Shown one piece after another: positions 1-13,333 of a stretch of DNA of 64,000 nucleotides. The stretch lies in assembly GCF_009914755.1 (NCBI RefSeq), contig NC_060938.1; one strand, 5' to 3'. Source of the stretch: the human T2T-CHM13v2.0 reference genome, Homo sapiens. The notes below the pieces were generated by a model. That model was given only the letters and a program-made list of their open reading frames with translations. It searched no databases and was not told the DNA's origin. The translations under genes were made by a program, and so were the position numbers. The first letter of the stretch is position 1; each line of letters begins with the position of its first letter.

Positions 1-1333
1 GTGGCTCCCTTGATTCCTAGCCCTGTTCCTCCACTCCCCCTTTGTCTTCCCTTTGGGAAAGGCATTGTTGAAAAGTGGGAACCCAGCGTGAGGGGATTCT
101 GGGTAGCTCCCTGCCTTATTTTACACAATGACCATAAAGGAGACTTTGTTGGCAATTTGGAGAAGGAGGACAGGGAAGGTGAGGGGCGGGGGGGTTAAAG
201 TTTTGTCTCAGGGGTTAGGGGATCTGGGTTTGATATGCTGTCACCAAGTTACAACCAAGATAGGAGGGGTATGGTGAGGAGAGTTTGAGACTGGGGTTTG
301 CTACCTGTTAACTATCTGAACTGGGTGATCAGATCAAATAATTTATCCTCTCTTGAGCCATTTCCCTCATCTATGGAACAGACTATAATAATACCTGGTT
401 CATGAAGAGTTTGTGAGAGTCTGCTGAAATCATGCATGTTACAATACTGTTATAAAATGTGGAGAGCTATAGAGTATAGATGTTAGCTACTATTGTTTTT
501 GACTAGCTGCGTAACTTTGAGCAAGTCCTTTTCCCTCTCTGAGTCTCGATCTCCCTGTTTGTAAAGTGGAAGTCTTGGATTAAATGCTGTCTAAGGTCCA
601 GCGATCTGACACATGAACATTTCCCAAGTGTAAGGATGTCTTGTGGTTCTCATAGGGAGGCAGCGTGGCTGGCCCCAATCTCAGCTGTAGGGACACAGAA
701 TCATGCACTTTGTTAGTGGCATACTGAACATAGGCCAACAGGCAGAGAGGACTCTGGGAGACTACAGGTTGCAGGACTGGGGGAGGGCTGATGGTGAGGG
801 TGGCTTGTTGGGGTCTGAGGGGAGGAGGGGTCGAGAAGGATACAGGCTCATCTAGAGAAGGGCCTGAGTGTGTTTCTATGTGGTTGGTTTCTCAGGAAAA
901 TCTCTGTAAATCTTGAGTGCTTTAAAATTGTTTTGTTGTGGTGGGATTAAAGAACACTGAAGACATTACTGTGAAACACATACCCAGGCAGCAAAACAAA
1001 CACTGGGGAGGCCTCTCTGAGGTGAAATCAGTGAGTGGAGAGGCGGGTTTTAGTAATGATCAGAAGAGGCCCGGGACAAGCCCTGCTCCACCCTTCTCCC
1101 CTTTGGCAGTGAGGTGAGGATGGGGTGGGCGGCAGAGAAGAGAGGTGACCACTGCGGGAGGTGATGGGGAGCCTAAAGGCAGTGGTGGTGGGCAAGAGTA
1201 CCTTCTGGAGACTGGGTTCTGGAGCTCTGGGACAGGGTGTGGCCTGCTGACATCTGGCTTGGCTGTCAGATGGAAGTTGAACTATCTTTGCTGCACACTA
1301 ACTGTGAGCAGTACCCTGAGAGTTGGTTGCGGT

Positions 1334-1510
1334 CAGTGCCTGGAGTTGGCTCCTATGGACCCACTGTTAAAATTTCGGGAATTGTGCAAGTGAGTGGAGG
1401 AGTATTTACAGCCATGGTGGGAGTATTTATGCCACAGAAATTGGCAAATGCGACAAATCAAGGTTACCCCCCACCCCCAGCTGATTGTTAAACATTTACC
1501 AGGACACCTG
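1334..1510. mobile_element. hAT DNA transposon relic, MER63-like
   Basis: Resembles remembered consensus (gaaattggcaaatgc-acaaatca; gttaaacatttaccag). Confidence 0.5.
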
Positions 1511-3742
1511 CTTGTGTTGTGGGCACTGAATACTTCTTTTTCTTTAAACTTAAATTTTCTTTTATCAAAGTAATACACATTTGAAAAGTCCAATTTTACC
1601 AAAAGGCTTAGAAGAGCACACAGAGGTTCCCTGCCCCGGCCCTCCCAATTCCTCCTTCAGTAACCATCCCCACTGACAGTATTTGCTCTGGCATTTACGC
1701 ATCTCCACATTTCTAAAAGAATATCTAGACACTATTGTCTTTTAATTAATCGACGTTTGCTGCTATCTTTTTTTGGTCCCATTATCGTATGTGAGGATTG
1801 AGCTCCCTTTCACGGCCAGCCCCTCTTCTCAAGATAGTTCTGTTTCAATTACCTGCTAAATCTACGTTTAGCATTGCCTCATTATGCCTTGCACATAGCG
1901 TTCACATCGAAGCACTGAAGTGTACTATGATTTTGTTTTCTTTCTTACTTTTTGGGTTTTACTGAGGTCATTGAGGTTAAGCACTCCTTGTTTTTCAATT
2001 TGCCTTTCTTTGTACCTATTGTTAATTCTTACCACTTCCAGTAGCCTCTCAGTACAGTTTTCTACAAGGTCAGTCTATCAGTTCAAGGTGTTCTTTTGGT
2101 TCTAAATTTTTTCTTGGCGCCGTCTCTCCTGTCTGGTCAGTTGCTTTCCAGGCTGACACAGCTGTCGTTCTTGGCATCCTTTGCCTTTTTTCTTTGCTAG
2201 ATACTCATGTCCTGGACCTTGAAACTTTTTCTTTCTTGGGTTGATGGAACACATCCCTCTGTAGCCTCAAGTTAAAAAGATGGTGCAGCAGCAAAGTGTA
2301 TGCAGATGCCTGCTTTCAACATGCCTGTCTCTTGAGTCATACCCTCCAATCTGAACTAGCTGTCCTGTGTAATGACCATTGTCACCCTAAAACAGTGCCT
2401 GGCATGTAGTCAAGAATTATTTGTCGAATGGATGAATAAATTCTGAGATTTCTCTTCACCGTCATCCTGGAGATGGTCTTTGCTTCTTTCTTACTTGGTT
2501 TGCTGGAAAACTGCTCTCCAGTGGCTTCCCGGGAAAAGTTTTACAGGAGGAAAAATGCTGAGGTTGCATGTCCACGTTGCATAGCCAAAGGATATTTGAT
2601 TGAGAGCTTGGCTGATATTGAATTATAAAAGGAAAATTATTTTCCTTCAGAAATGTGAGGGTTGTGCTCCATTTGGAGGAGCCTGAAGCTGTTCTGGTCC
2701 CTGGTCATTTGTGTGAGATGTTTTTTTCTCTGGAAGTTGTCAGTTTTCCCCAATGTTCTGCAGTCTCCCAGTGAGGCCCCTTTGTGCGGTTCTGTTTTCC
2801 TCCATTGTCAGGCACTCTTGTTGTACTTAGGGGGCCTTCTATCTGGACACTCATGTTCCTCAGATCTGGGAAATGTGGGGAAGTATTTAGTCGATGATTT
2901 CCTCTCCTGTGCTATCTCTGTCCTCTCTTTCTGGAAGTCCTCTGCTTTTCTTATGTTTTCTCCTCTTTTTCAACTTTAACTTTTTGTTCTGCTTTCTGAA
3001 GATTTCCTTAATTTTATCTTTGAAGCCTTTTCTTGGGTCTTTCATTTCTGCCATCAAATTTTTAATGTCTAGAAGTCACTTATATTCTCTCTGTTAAAAA
3101 ATAGTATCCTACGCTTTTTAAATCCAATTTGAAACGTATGTATTCTATTCTTGTTTAGTGTCTACCATATTCTTTGTTACCTCTCTGAGGATAGAAATGA
3201 TAGTAAGCTTTTTGAAGTTTTCTTCTCCCCCCTAGTTTCTCTTCTTTCAGGTTGCTTTTTTGTTTTCCTGTATGGTTTGTCCTCTGTGTTTCACATTAGA
3301 AGTTTTCCTCACAAGCCTGATAATCCTTGCATGATAAAGAGTGAAGGACAAAAAGCTGATTGGGAGTGGAGGCTGTGGGCAAGACTTGTTGGTTTTGAGC
3401 TTGATTGTACAGAGATTTGCAGGTGCTGTTGGTTAGGGACCCCGTTTTGTGATCTTTAAGTCTCTGCTCTTGGGCTGGCCAGGTTTTCCAGAATGTATGC
3501 CTGCTTCCCTGGCCTGGAGGGTCAGGGTCTGGCTGCCAAGCAAATCTCTGAGTGGGAAGAATGAGTTTCTCTGCGTTTAGCTTGCATTGTATACATCATT
3601 CTTTGGCCCTCCTCACTCCCTCCATGTTTTTTTGTGTGGTGCTCACACCTTCGATTATGCTGATCAACCTCGACTCCTAAGACCTTGTTTTGTACTCCCT
3701 GGAGAACAGCCCTCCAGTGAGCGGGAAGCTACTTGCCAAGCC

Positions 3743-3830
3743 TGTGTGTGTGTGTGTGTGTGTGTGTGAGAATGTGTGTGTGTGAATGTGTGTGAATGTG
3801 TGTGAATGTGTGTGTGTGTGTGTATGTGTG
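3743..3830. repeat. Interrupted (TG)n microsatellite
   Basis: Seen directly. Confidence 0.95.
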
Positions 3831-4359
3831 TTGGGAGTGGTTGGGCTCCCAGATCTAACTGCTCCTCAAAGAACCTGGTTTTTCATGTTCCCCTTCACTT
3901 CCAATTCCAGAGTTTCTTGTTGTTGTTTTCTGAGCCTTTTGAGTATCCTGCAGTGTAAATTGGGGTGGTTCTGGAAAGTAGACAATGAATAATAACTGAC
4001 TTATGAGAAAGGAGAACCCTAAGTTAGGTGTTAAGTAATAAAGTACCTTGACAAGTACAGAATAATATTAAAATATGTCATATAAATGCTTTTATTTAAC
4101 TTACAAGTTGACTAACGACCTGTGGGTATTGGACAATATATTCTTACAAATACAGTGCTCTTTTTCTGTGTCCTTTTCTATTCTTCTGTATCATCTTTCT
4201 ACCTAGTTGTTAGTTGTTCCTGCCTCTTCTTCTCTACTTTTTCTCCTCTTGGAGGAAGAAGGTCTGGGTTGGCTTTAGGCAGGAAAGCTGTTCAGGTATT
4301 TTCAGGCTGTAAATGCCTGTTGTTTCCTTATCTTCTCTCCCTCTACAGTATAGACGGCA

Positions 4360-4560
4360 TCATGGTGAAGACCCCCGACTGTGGAGCTAGAGTGCCTGAG
4401 TATCCCAGCCTACTAACTGTGTGATCTTGGACATATGGCCTTCCTTGCTCATCTAAAATGGGGATAATAGTATTTCCTTAAAGGGCAGAGAGAGGAATAA
4501 ATAAGATAATGTGTGCAAAGTGCCTGACACATAATAAGCTCTCACTAAATATTAGTTCAT
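4360..4560. mobile_element. MIR SINE (other MIR fragments near 340-600, 5930-6150, 17520-17630, 39870-40110, 61715-61940)
   Basis: ctgtgtgatcttgg...catctaaaatggggataata core. Confidence 0.65.
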
Positions 4561-4617
4561 ATTTATTATTTTAAAAATTATCACAGTTCCTATATATTTC
4601 TTAATTTTAAAATATCG

Positions 4618-4990
4618 GGCCGGGCACGGTGGCTCATACCTGTAATCCCAGCACTTTAGGAGTCTGAGGCGGGTGGATCGCGTGAGGTCAAGAGTTCGAG
4701 ACCAGCCTGACCAACACGGCAAAACCCCATCTCTACTAAAAATACAAAAATTAGCCGGGCATGGTGGTGCACATCTGTAATCCCAGCTACTCGGGAGGCT
4801 AAGGCAGGAGAATTTCTTGAACCTAGGAGGCGGAGGCTGCCGTGAGCTGAGATCACTCCAGTGGAAAAATTCTGGTATCAGAGCCTCTAGCTGTGCCACT
4901 GTACTCCAGCCTGGGTGACAGAGTGAGACTCTGCCTCAAAAAATAAAATAAAATAAAATAAAATAAAATAAAATAAAATAAAATAAAATA
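4618..4990 (+). mobile_element. AluS with a 35-bp foreign insert and (TAAAA)n tail
   Basis: Dimeric Alu consensus interrupted at 4861-4895. Confidence 0.95.
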
Positions 4991-6606
4991 TTGGACAGTT
5001 GATGGAACCATAAATATTCTAAGCTCTCTGCAGAAAGAGAAAGAAGCCACCCATAATCTTCTTCCCCAGCACATCTCTCCATTTTTCATGTTGTTTTCCG
5101 GTCATTGAAATGGGGGTGCCTGGGGTGGGGGAATATTTGTTAAGGTCTGAGACAGCCCACACCTGCTCAGATTTAACCTTGCTAGGCAGTGGGACCAGAT
5201 GAGGTTGGGGTAGGAGGGGTTGGCTTGGGATGTCCATCAGGTTTTGAGCTGGTTTTGAACTGATTGAAAAGGGGTTAGACATGTATTTCAGGCTCTGAGG
5301 AAGAAGTTGCAGGTCTGTGGCCTCGGCCAGGTGGAAGAGGGACACGTAGGCCTGAGCCGGGAAAGATGGCCCGGGGACTGAGCAGAGGCACCTGGGTGGT
5401 CTTCAGGATCGCTGCTGGAGATCCAAAATGGAGTATGGGACTGCCAGGGGAAAGCAGGAAGAGGGATGAGAGGGATGACTATCAAAGAAAGGGGATGTGG
5501 AGGGGCATGGGGGCATATGAAGTCCACATGGGGCGGCTGATTGGAGCGAGAGCTCATGGGACCGCACAGATGGAACTCAGCCAGAGTGGAGAAACCCCAA
5601 CCTCGCCCACCCCAGCCACTGCTAAAGATGGCAAGTGTGTGCCCTGTGAGCTCTGTGAACTCTAGGACTTGGTCTGCCCAGAAAGCCAGAGTTCTTCCTT
5701 CTCTTTAGCTATTGTGTGTATGTGCGGGTGCAGGGGTTCCCCTGGACACTGGCCCAGTGGCTTATCTCCTGCTCTGTTGCCTCTGGGCAACAGAGTTACT
5801 ATGATTAGGGGTACAGGTTGTGCTAGAGGCATTCTGGAGGGGGATGAAGCTCGAGTCTCACATGATTACCCTGTAGTCACTGTGGTCTGCCAGAGGAGGT
5901 GGAAAAATTTCTAGTATCAGAGCCTCTAGCTGTGTGCCCTTGGGCAAGCTGCATAGCTCTTCTCAGCCTGCAAAATGGGAACAGGCTGTGCCAGGTGTCA
6001 TCCTCAGTACTTTCTGCGTATTAATTCACTGAAGCTTCAGAGTGGCCCAATGAGGCAGGAACTATTACTGTTCCCATTTTACAGAGGAGGAACTGCAGGC
6101 ACAGGGGCAGGCGTGTTGTGTGATTAATAACTTGCCACAGGTTGCATAGTTCCTAGCTTATGGAGGGTGCCCAGTAGTGTGCAGCCACTTTCTCCCCAGC
6201 TGTCACACAATTCAGGAATGCCAGACTGGGACTAGACCTCAGGAGCATCCAGTTTAACCTTTCTTTTTCTTGGTGAAGAGACTGCGGTGCTGAGAAGGTG
6301 ATAGATGCCCCACAATTAACCTAATCAGTTGAGGTCGAGTTGGAGCTGCAACCTGGGTTCTTTCCCTCCTCTCTCCCAGGCTTCCCTGTTCTGTTGGTGT
6401 TCCCTGGAAAGAAATGGGTGTGTGAGGGTGCAGGACCAGGGAGAGAGTGGCTGGCCATGGGGGAGTCATTTGGCTCATGGTGGATGGGGGGTGGTAGTGG
6501 TGGGGCCACATGGTTAGTGAGGGGCTGGCCTTTTGGGTGGCGAGGGCAGATCCAGGGGCAGGCCCCCAACGGGCTGACTTCATTGTGTTCTCCCCATTGT
6601 GCCCAG

Positions 6607-7265
6607 GAATACCTGAAGGGCCTGTGCAGCCCAGAGCTGTGGAAAGAGGTTCGCTACCCACCGATCCTGCACTGTGCCTTCCTTGGGGCCCAAGGCCTCT
6701 TCCTGGACTGCCTCTGCTGGAGCACCCTTGCCTACCTGGTGCCTGGCCCCCCTGGCTCCCTGATGGTGGGCGGGCTGACTGAGTCTTTCATCATGACACA
6801 GAACTGGCTGGAGGAGCTGGTGGGGCGACTGCGCTGGGGCCCTGCCCCTCTGCTGACCCCCCGGGGGATCTGGGAGGCTGAGGTGACCCGGGCCTTTGGG
6901 GCCCTGGTCTGGATCCGTGGTGACCAGCATGCAGGGGACCTACTGCAGCTGCCCCCAGCGGTCCAGGAGCTGCTGCTGAGCCTGGTGCGGGATGCTGCGG
7001 GCAAGGAAGACATCATCGAGTGGCTCAGCCGCTTCGGCATCTCTGACTCCCACTCCGATCCGGAGGTTCTAATCTGCCCTCCCCAGCAGCAGAAGGAAGC
7101 CCCAGCCATGGTGTCCGTGGGAGAGAGTCCTGGACCCTTTGTGGACATGGGGACCCTCCAGAACAGGGGCCCAGAAAATTCAAAGAGATTATCTAGCCTG
7201 GGAGCCACTGGGTCCCTGATCACAGCCCAGAGCACACCGCAGGAGGCAGCAAACCAGCTGGTACG
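6607..7265 (+). CDS. NYNRIN: NYNRIN internal coding exon (KH-like region); upstream exons lie outside the window
   Basis: cccag|GAATAC acceptor and CG|gtaag donor. [12 protein letters not shown]...[12 protein letters not shown] is paralogous to the KHNYN exon at 30193. Confidence 0.95.
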
Positions 7266-7389
7266 GTAAGTTCTGGAGAATGAGCCTGGCTTCTCTGATC
7301 CTACCCCTGCTCCCCTACCCTAAGGAAATAGTAATAGTTTGGGACCAAACTGGCCTTCCACCTTTTCAATGAACTTGGGCTTCCTCCAG

Positions 7390-8946
7390 GGTCGGTTCCA
7401 ACAACCAAGATGGTATGGACAGTGCTCAAGAGGAAGGGACAGTGCAAGCCACCAGCAGCCAGGACTCCACGAACCACACACAAGCCTTGTTGAAGCAAAG
7501 GCAGGTCCAGAAGATAGAAGATAAACTCCTCTTCCAACCTCCAGTATCAGCCCTGGGTGTGTGCCCACCCTGGAAGGCCTGGACCCCGGGGCCAGCCTTT
7601 GGGCCATTGTGGCCGGGGGCTATTGCTGCAACCTTCTGGAGGATCAATGAGCTGCATTCTCTACATCTGGCCTGGCTCCTGTCCCAGGCGTGCTTCAATT
7701 TCCCCTTCTGGCAGAGACCTCTGGGCCCCATTCAGTTGAAGCTGCCAGGGCAGAATCCTTTGCCCTTAAATCTGGAGTGGAAGCAGAAGGAGCTGGCTCC
7801 TCTGCCTAGTGCAGAAAGCCCAGCTGGTAGACCAGATGGGGGGCTGGGAGGAGAAGCAGCCCTGCAGAATTGCCCAAGGCCAGAGATTTCCCCAAAAGTT
7901 ACGAGTTTATTGGTGGTCCCTGGGAGCTCAGATGTAAAAGACAAAGTTAGCTCGGATCTCCCACAGATAGGGCCACCCTTGACCTCTACACCCCAACTAC
8001 AGGCTGGAGGTGAGCCGGGGGATCAAGGGAGTATGCAGTTAGATTTTAAGGGACTGGAAGAGGGACCCGCTCCAGTGCTGCCAACAGGGCAAGGGAAGCC
8101 CGTGGCTCAAGGGGGGCTGACAGATCAGTCAGTACCTGGAGCTCAAACAGTGCCTGAAACTCTCAAAGTGCCCATGGCTGCAGCAGTGCCCAAAGCTGAA
8201 AATCCCTCCAGAACTCAAGTGCCATCTGCAGCTCCCAAACTGCCTACATCTCGAATGATGCTGGCAGTGCACACAGAGCCTGCAGCTCCCGAAGTGCCTT
8301 TGGCTCCAACAAAGCCAACAGCTCAACTGATGGCCACAGCTCAAAAAACAGTTGTGAATCAACCAGTGTTGGTAGCTCAAGTGGAACCCACAACTCCAAA
8401 AACTCCCCAGGCTCAGAAGATGCCTGTAGCAAAAACATCACCTGCAGGTCCCAAAACACCCAAAGCTCAAGCCGGGCCTGCAGCTACAGTTTCCAAAGCA
8501 CCTGCAGCTTCCAAAGCACCTGCAGCTCCCAAAGTACCTGTGACCCCCAGAGTCTCCAGAGCTCCCAAAACACCTGCAGCTCAGAAGGTGCCCACGGATG
8601 CAGGGCCAACCTTGGATGTAGCCAGACTTCTGAGTGAGGTCCAGCCTACATCAAGGGCTAGTGTCTCCTTACTGAAGGGCCAGGGGCAGGCTGGAAGGCA
8701 GGGTCCCCAGTCCAGTGGCACCTTGGCCCTCAGCAGTAAGCACCAGTTTCAGATGGAGGGGCTCCTGGGGGCTTGGGAGGGGGCCCCAAGGCAGCCACCT
8801 CGCCACCTGCAAGCGAACAGCACAGTGACCAGCTTCCAGAGGTACCACGAGGCCCTGAATACACCCTTCGAGCTGAACCTGTCAGGGGAACCTGGAAACC
8901 AGGGGTTGCGGCGAGTGGTCATCGATGGCAGCAGTGTGGCCATGGT
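7390..8946 (+). CDS. NYNRIN: NYNRIN large exon: Pro/Ala/Lys-rich linker and start of NYN domain ([11 protein letters not shown])
   Basis: ctccag|G acceptor and GT|gtgagt donor; covered by ORF 7415-8950; phase-compatible with both neighbours. Confidence 0.95.
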
Positions 8947-9813
8947 GTGAGTAGTCACGGGCGTGGGGTGGGCTGGGGATGCTGTGGACCTGGGGCAGGG
9001 CATCCCTGGGGGACAGAATGTGGGCATCCCTTCCCAACCTTCCTATGGGCAACATGGGGAAGAGATGGGAGGGAAGTGGTCCATCCATGTTGAATGGCTC
9101 CTGCGTGCCAGGCAGTGTGCATGGAATCCTCATAGCAGCCCTCAAGGGCAGGTTTCTGGTTTCCCTGTCTGATAGATGCTGAAGCAGGCTCAGAGGTGGG
9201 AAATCTTGCCCAAGATCCCTGAGCCAGCAAGGGGTCCAGCTGGCCTTTTGGCTCAGATGTGTCCACTGCCAAGGTCCATGCCCTTCCCAGGCCAGCTTTT
9301 AAACTTTTAGCCCAAACTTCAAGGCCCAGCACAGATTTCTTTTCCTGACCCTGCTGGCCCTTAGCGATTGCCCTTCCTCCACAGTACTTACTGCTGTAGA
9401 GGTGTTAGCATAAACATGTGCATGCCACATAATTTGCCACATGATAGAGTAGTTATCTGTGCAGAGCACACTCCCAGCACACTGTCGGTGGCCAGGGAAT
9501 TTTTGTTTGCTTTAAGCCCTCAACTGAGCTCTCTGAGTGGAGGGGCTGCCTTCTTCCTCTTGCCCTCAATGTCCCTACACACATGCGTACACACAGGTAC
9601 ATGCACACACACACACACATGCACGCGCACACACACAGAGTTTCTGGCAGTGCCCTGCACCAAGTAGGTGCTCACAGAATGTCTGAGTATGGAGGGAAGG
9701 GGAGAGGGCATCATTGGTGTCCTTGGTGCTGGCATTGCTTGCTTGCTGCCCCAGGGCTGGCTCTGAGGGAGGAGTGGTGAGGCAGGGTCTTTCCTTGTCC
9801 CACGACCCCACAG

Positions 9814-9944
9814 GCATGGCCTGCAGCACTTCTTCTCCTGCCGAGGAATTGCCATGGCAGTGCAGTTTTTCTGGAACCGGGGACACCGAGAGGTCACTGT
9901 GTTTGTACCCACCTGGCAGCTGAAGAAGAACCGGAGGGTGAGAG
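9814..9944 (+). CDS. NYNRIN: NYNRIN NYN-domain exon (131 nt)
   Basis: cacag|G...G|gtgagg; [24 protein letters not shown]; same length as the KHNYN exon. Confidence 0.95.
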
Positions 9945-10091
9945 GTGAGGTGTCCCCTGCCTGCCCAGCCTCCACAGTGTCACCAAGCTTTCTTCTCTCT
10001 GCCTTGCTGCCCCGACCCTCTGCCACCCCAGAGTGGCCATTTCCACTTAGCCCTCCCTTGACCATTTCTGTCTTCTGCCTTTCACCCCCAG

Positions 10092-10188
10092 AGAGCCACT
10101 TTCTGACGAAGCTACACTCGCTCAAGATGCTTTCAATCACACCCTCCCAGCTTGAGAATGGCAAGAAGATCACCACCTACGATTATAG
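10092..10188 (+). CDS. NYNRIN: NYNRIN NYN-domain exon (97 nt)
   Basis: cccag|AG...AG|gtgtgc; [18 protein letters not shown]...TYDY. Confidence 0.93.
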
Positions 10189-11734
10189 GTGTGCCGGTCC
10201 CCAGGCCTGCCCTCCTGGGCTCAGGGAGTTGGGCCTGGCTGGTGTGTCAGGTGGAGTCCGGCCTGTCTTCTCTGGGGAAATGGAGGCAAACATGTTGGGG
10301 GTGTCGGTTGTGCAGAGGGTGGGGTGGAGCACGGGCATCTGTCAGCAGAGGGATGGGCACATTGAGGAAAGGGCTTGAGGTTGGCTCTCCCCAAGCCCGG
10401 AGTTGTTTCTGACTTTGGGACTCTGGAGTCCGTCTGCCTTAGCTAACAGGCATTCTTCCCCCATGACCTGTGAACATCAGAGAGGTTCCCCAGGGTTTTG
10501 GGTGCCCGTTTCGGTTGAGGCTCATGTCTCCAGACTGCTTTAGTCTTTTCCTCCCTCGGAGCCCCGGCACTGGTGGAGGTCTGTGCATGGCTGATGTGGA
10601 TGGAGCCCTGGGCAGGGCTCTGGAAAAGGAGAGCCCTGAATGCCTAAACCCTGAATGCTTGCCTGCTTGTCAATCCTAAGCGCCCACCCCTCAGCATGGC
10701 TGCAGGACCTCTGTGCTCAGGGGAAGCCTGTGACCCTGCCTCTCTTAGGGCAGGGAAGGCCCTGGCATAGTCACTGGTCCTGGGTTGGAGTTGATGCTGG
10801 GCGGACAGAGATCTTGGTTTCACATAGGCAACTCTCATGCCAGGCAGGGAGAAGTTCTGTTTCTCCACACTCTTCCCAAGACCTGGCACCCAACCAGGCC
10901 TGGGAAGGGCTGGGCAGAGAACCTCACTCATCCCTCCTTGTAGAGCTGGTCCCCTCCATTGAGTCTTCAAGTGCCTTTAAGTTCAGGCGTGGGTTTGATG
11001 GAAGATGGCTTTTCCGCAGACCGTCCCTCTGCTGGGCACTTGAAGAGTAGCATGCTTTGGGGAGCCCGAATGGAAAGTTTCAGGGACTACTGAGAAGTAG
11101 GTAGCCTTTGCTTTCTTTCCTGGTCACAGCCCTCTTTAGAGGAGAGGTGATCCTTGGAAAAGTGGATTTGTTTATTCAGGTATGTGTGCTTATATGTGTT
11201 AGCGTATATATGTCTGTATGTCTTGGCATGTATATGAATATTATGCATTGGTGAAGCATTATAATGGAATATTTGTGTGTGTGCTGTGTGGCCGGCACTT
11301 ACCTAGACACTTAAAAGTATTATCTCATTCAGTTTAATCCTCACAGCAACATGGGGTAGGTATTTTATCTCTGTTTTACAGATGCAAAAAACGGAAGCAG
11401 TAAATACACCTGTGTGAATGTGGACGAATGTGAGTTTCTGTGTCTGTGCTTGTCTATGTATGTGCCTATGCGTATAACAGGGGTGTGTGTTTGTATATAC
11501 AGCTGGGAATGCGTGCATCCAAGGTCACCCTTGGATGACCTTGATCCCTATCAGTGATCTCACATGGCTGCATAGAGAAGGGGATGGGCTCGGGGGTCCT
11601 GGATTTCTGAGTAGGAAGGGCAGTGTCTTTGTCTGACACACCTCAATGTGAAGCTGCAAGTTTATTTTCCCAGATGACCCAGGAAGTGAGGGGGCTAGTT
11701 ACTGGGTCATTAGTGACTTCCCCTCTCCCTGCAG

Positions 11735-12156
<422 letters not shown>

Positions 12157-13333
12157 TAATAGGTCAGACCTCCCCAGCCTCCCAGGCCCTCCTGGGGCTG
12201 ATCGGAAACTTCCCCTTAGTGTTGGCCAACATCTAGTGCGTAATAATGATCAGAGTGATCTGACTTTTTCATGTCTTTATACTTGTGCCACATGTTTATG
12301 TGTTCATAAACCACTTACAGTAGGTTTTAATACGTACATGAAAGCACATATGTAGAATGTAGTTTTAACATTCTACATGCATCCTTCCAAACTGGCATTT
12401 GTGCTCAATGATTTATTAGTTTTTTCAGATGTATCCTATGCTAATTCATGTAGCTCTGTTTAATGGTCATATAGTGTTCCATTACATGAGTACCCAATAG
12501 ATTTTTCTGTTTTCTTGTTGAGGGCCATTTGACCACTTCCATTATATGCTGTTGGGTCCGAGGCTGCAGTGAACAGCCTTGCTCTTATTCTTTGTATCCA
12601 AGGGAAGCTGTGTCTAGAGTATTCACCAAGTAGGATTTTTTTCTATGTTTATCGTCTCATTCGATCCTCACAACTTGAGTTATATGTAAATGACCACTGT
12701 CTTCATTTTATAGATGAGGAATCTGTGACTCAAGTGACTTTTCCAAGGTCACATTGCTGGTGCCAGCACAGTTGGTTTGCAGTAACTTGGATCCTCTGCT
12801 GCCCACCTGCCAGTTCCCTAGGCCCAGCAGGGAACCTTTGTCAGGATCTTCTGGGCAGAGCTCTGCTTCCTGGGGCCAGATCCCCCAGTCTTACCTTGCC
12901 AATTTGGAAAAAAGTGATGTGGATGAGGTTTGTCTGCTGTGTCCTCACAAGCTCCTTGTCAGGCTCTCCTTCACTTTGGTGACACTGCCCCCTCTTTTCC
13001 AGGATTGCTCATCCTGGGTTAGGCTGGAAGCCGCCAGTCATCTCTTATCAAACCACTGGCTTACAGCTAGTTTAAATGTTACTTGGTCAGTGAAGTTTTG
13101 ATTGGATGAGTCTTCAAGGCACAAATGAACCTCTAATACTGGGGGTCTGGCCCATGCATGAAGTAGAGGAAGTGTTTATAGGCAGGGGCCCAATTGTGCC
13201 TATGCCATGCAAGTTGTTGGCACTTGGCCCAGCCTCAGGACACTTTGGAATGGGGTTTCCACAGAGGTGCTTTCCCTTTGGAGGATTGCTCACGATGGGG
13301 CTGCCCTTCCCTCTTCCATCTGTTTTGGTGTAG

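Noticed and set aside
6340-6606. N-terminal extension of ORF 6340-7269
   Set aside because: It lies upstream of the acceptor at 6606; homology to KHNYN starts at EYLK.
11545-11558. TCCCTATCAGTGAT matches the first 14 of 19 nt of the tetO2 operator
   Set aside because: The right arm is missing and there is no vector context; treated as coincidence.
13194-13333. The 996-aa ORF as a standalone retroviral pol gene or active ERV
   Set aside because: The first 47 codons are intronic read-through from a non-ATG start. There are no LTRs, gag, protease or YxDD; it is the spliced NYNRIN terminal exon.
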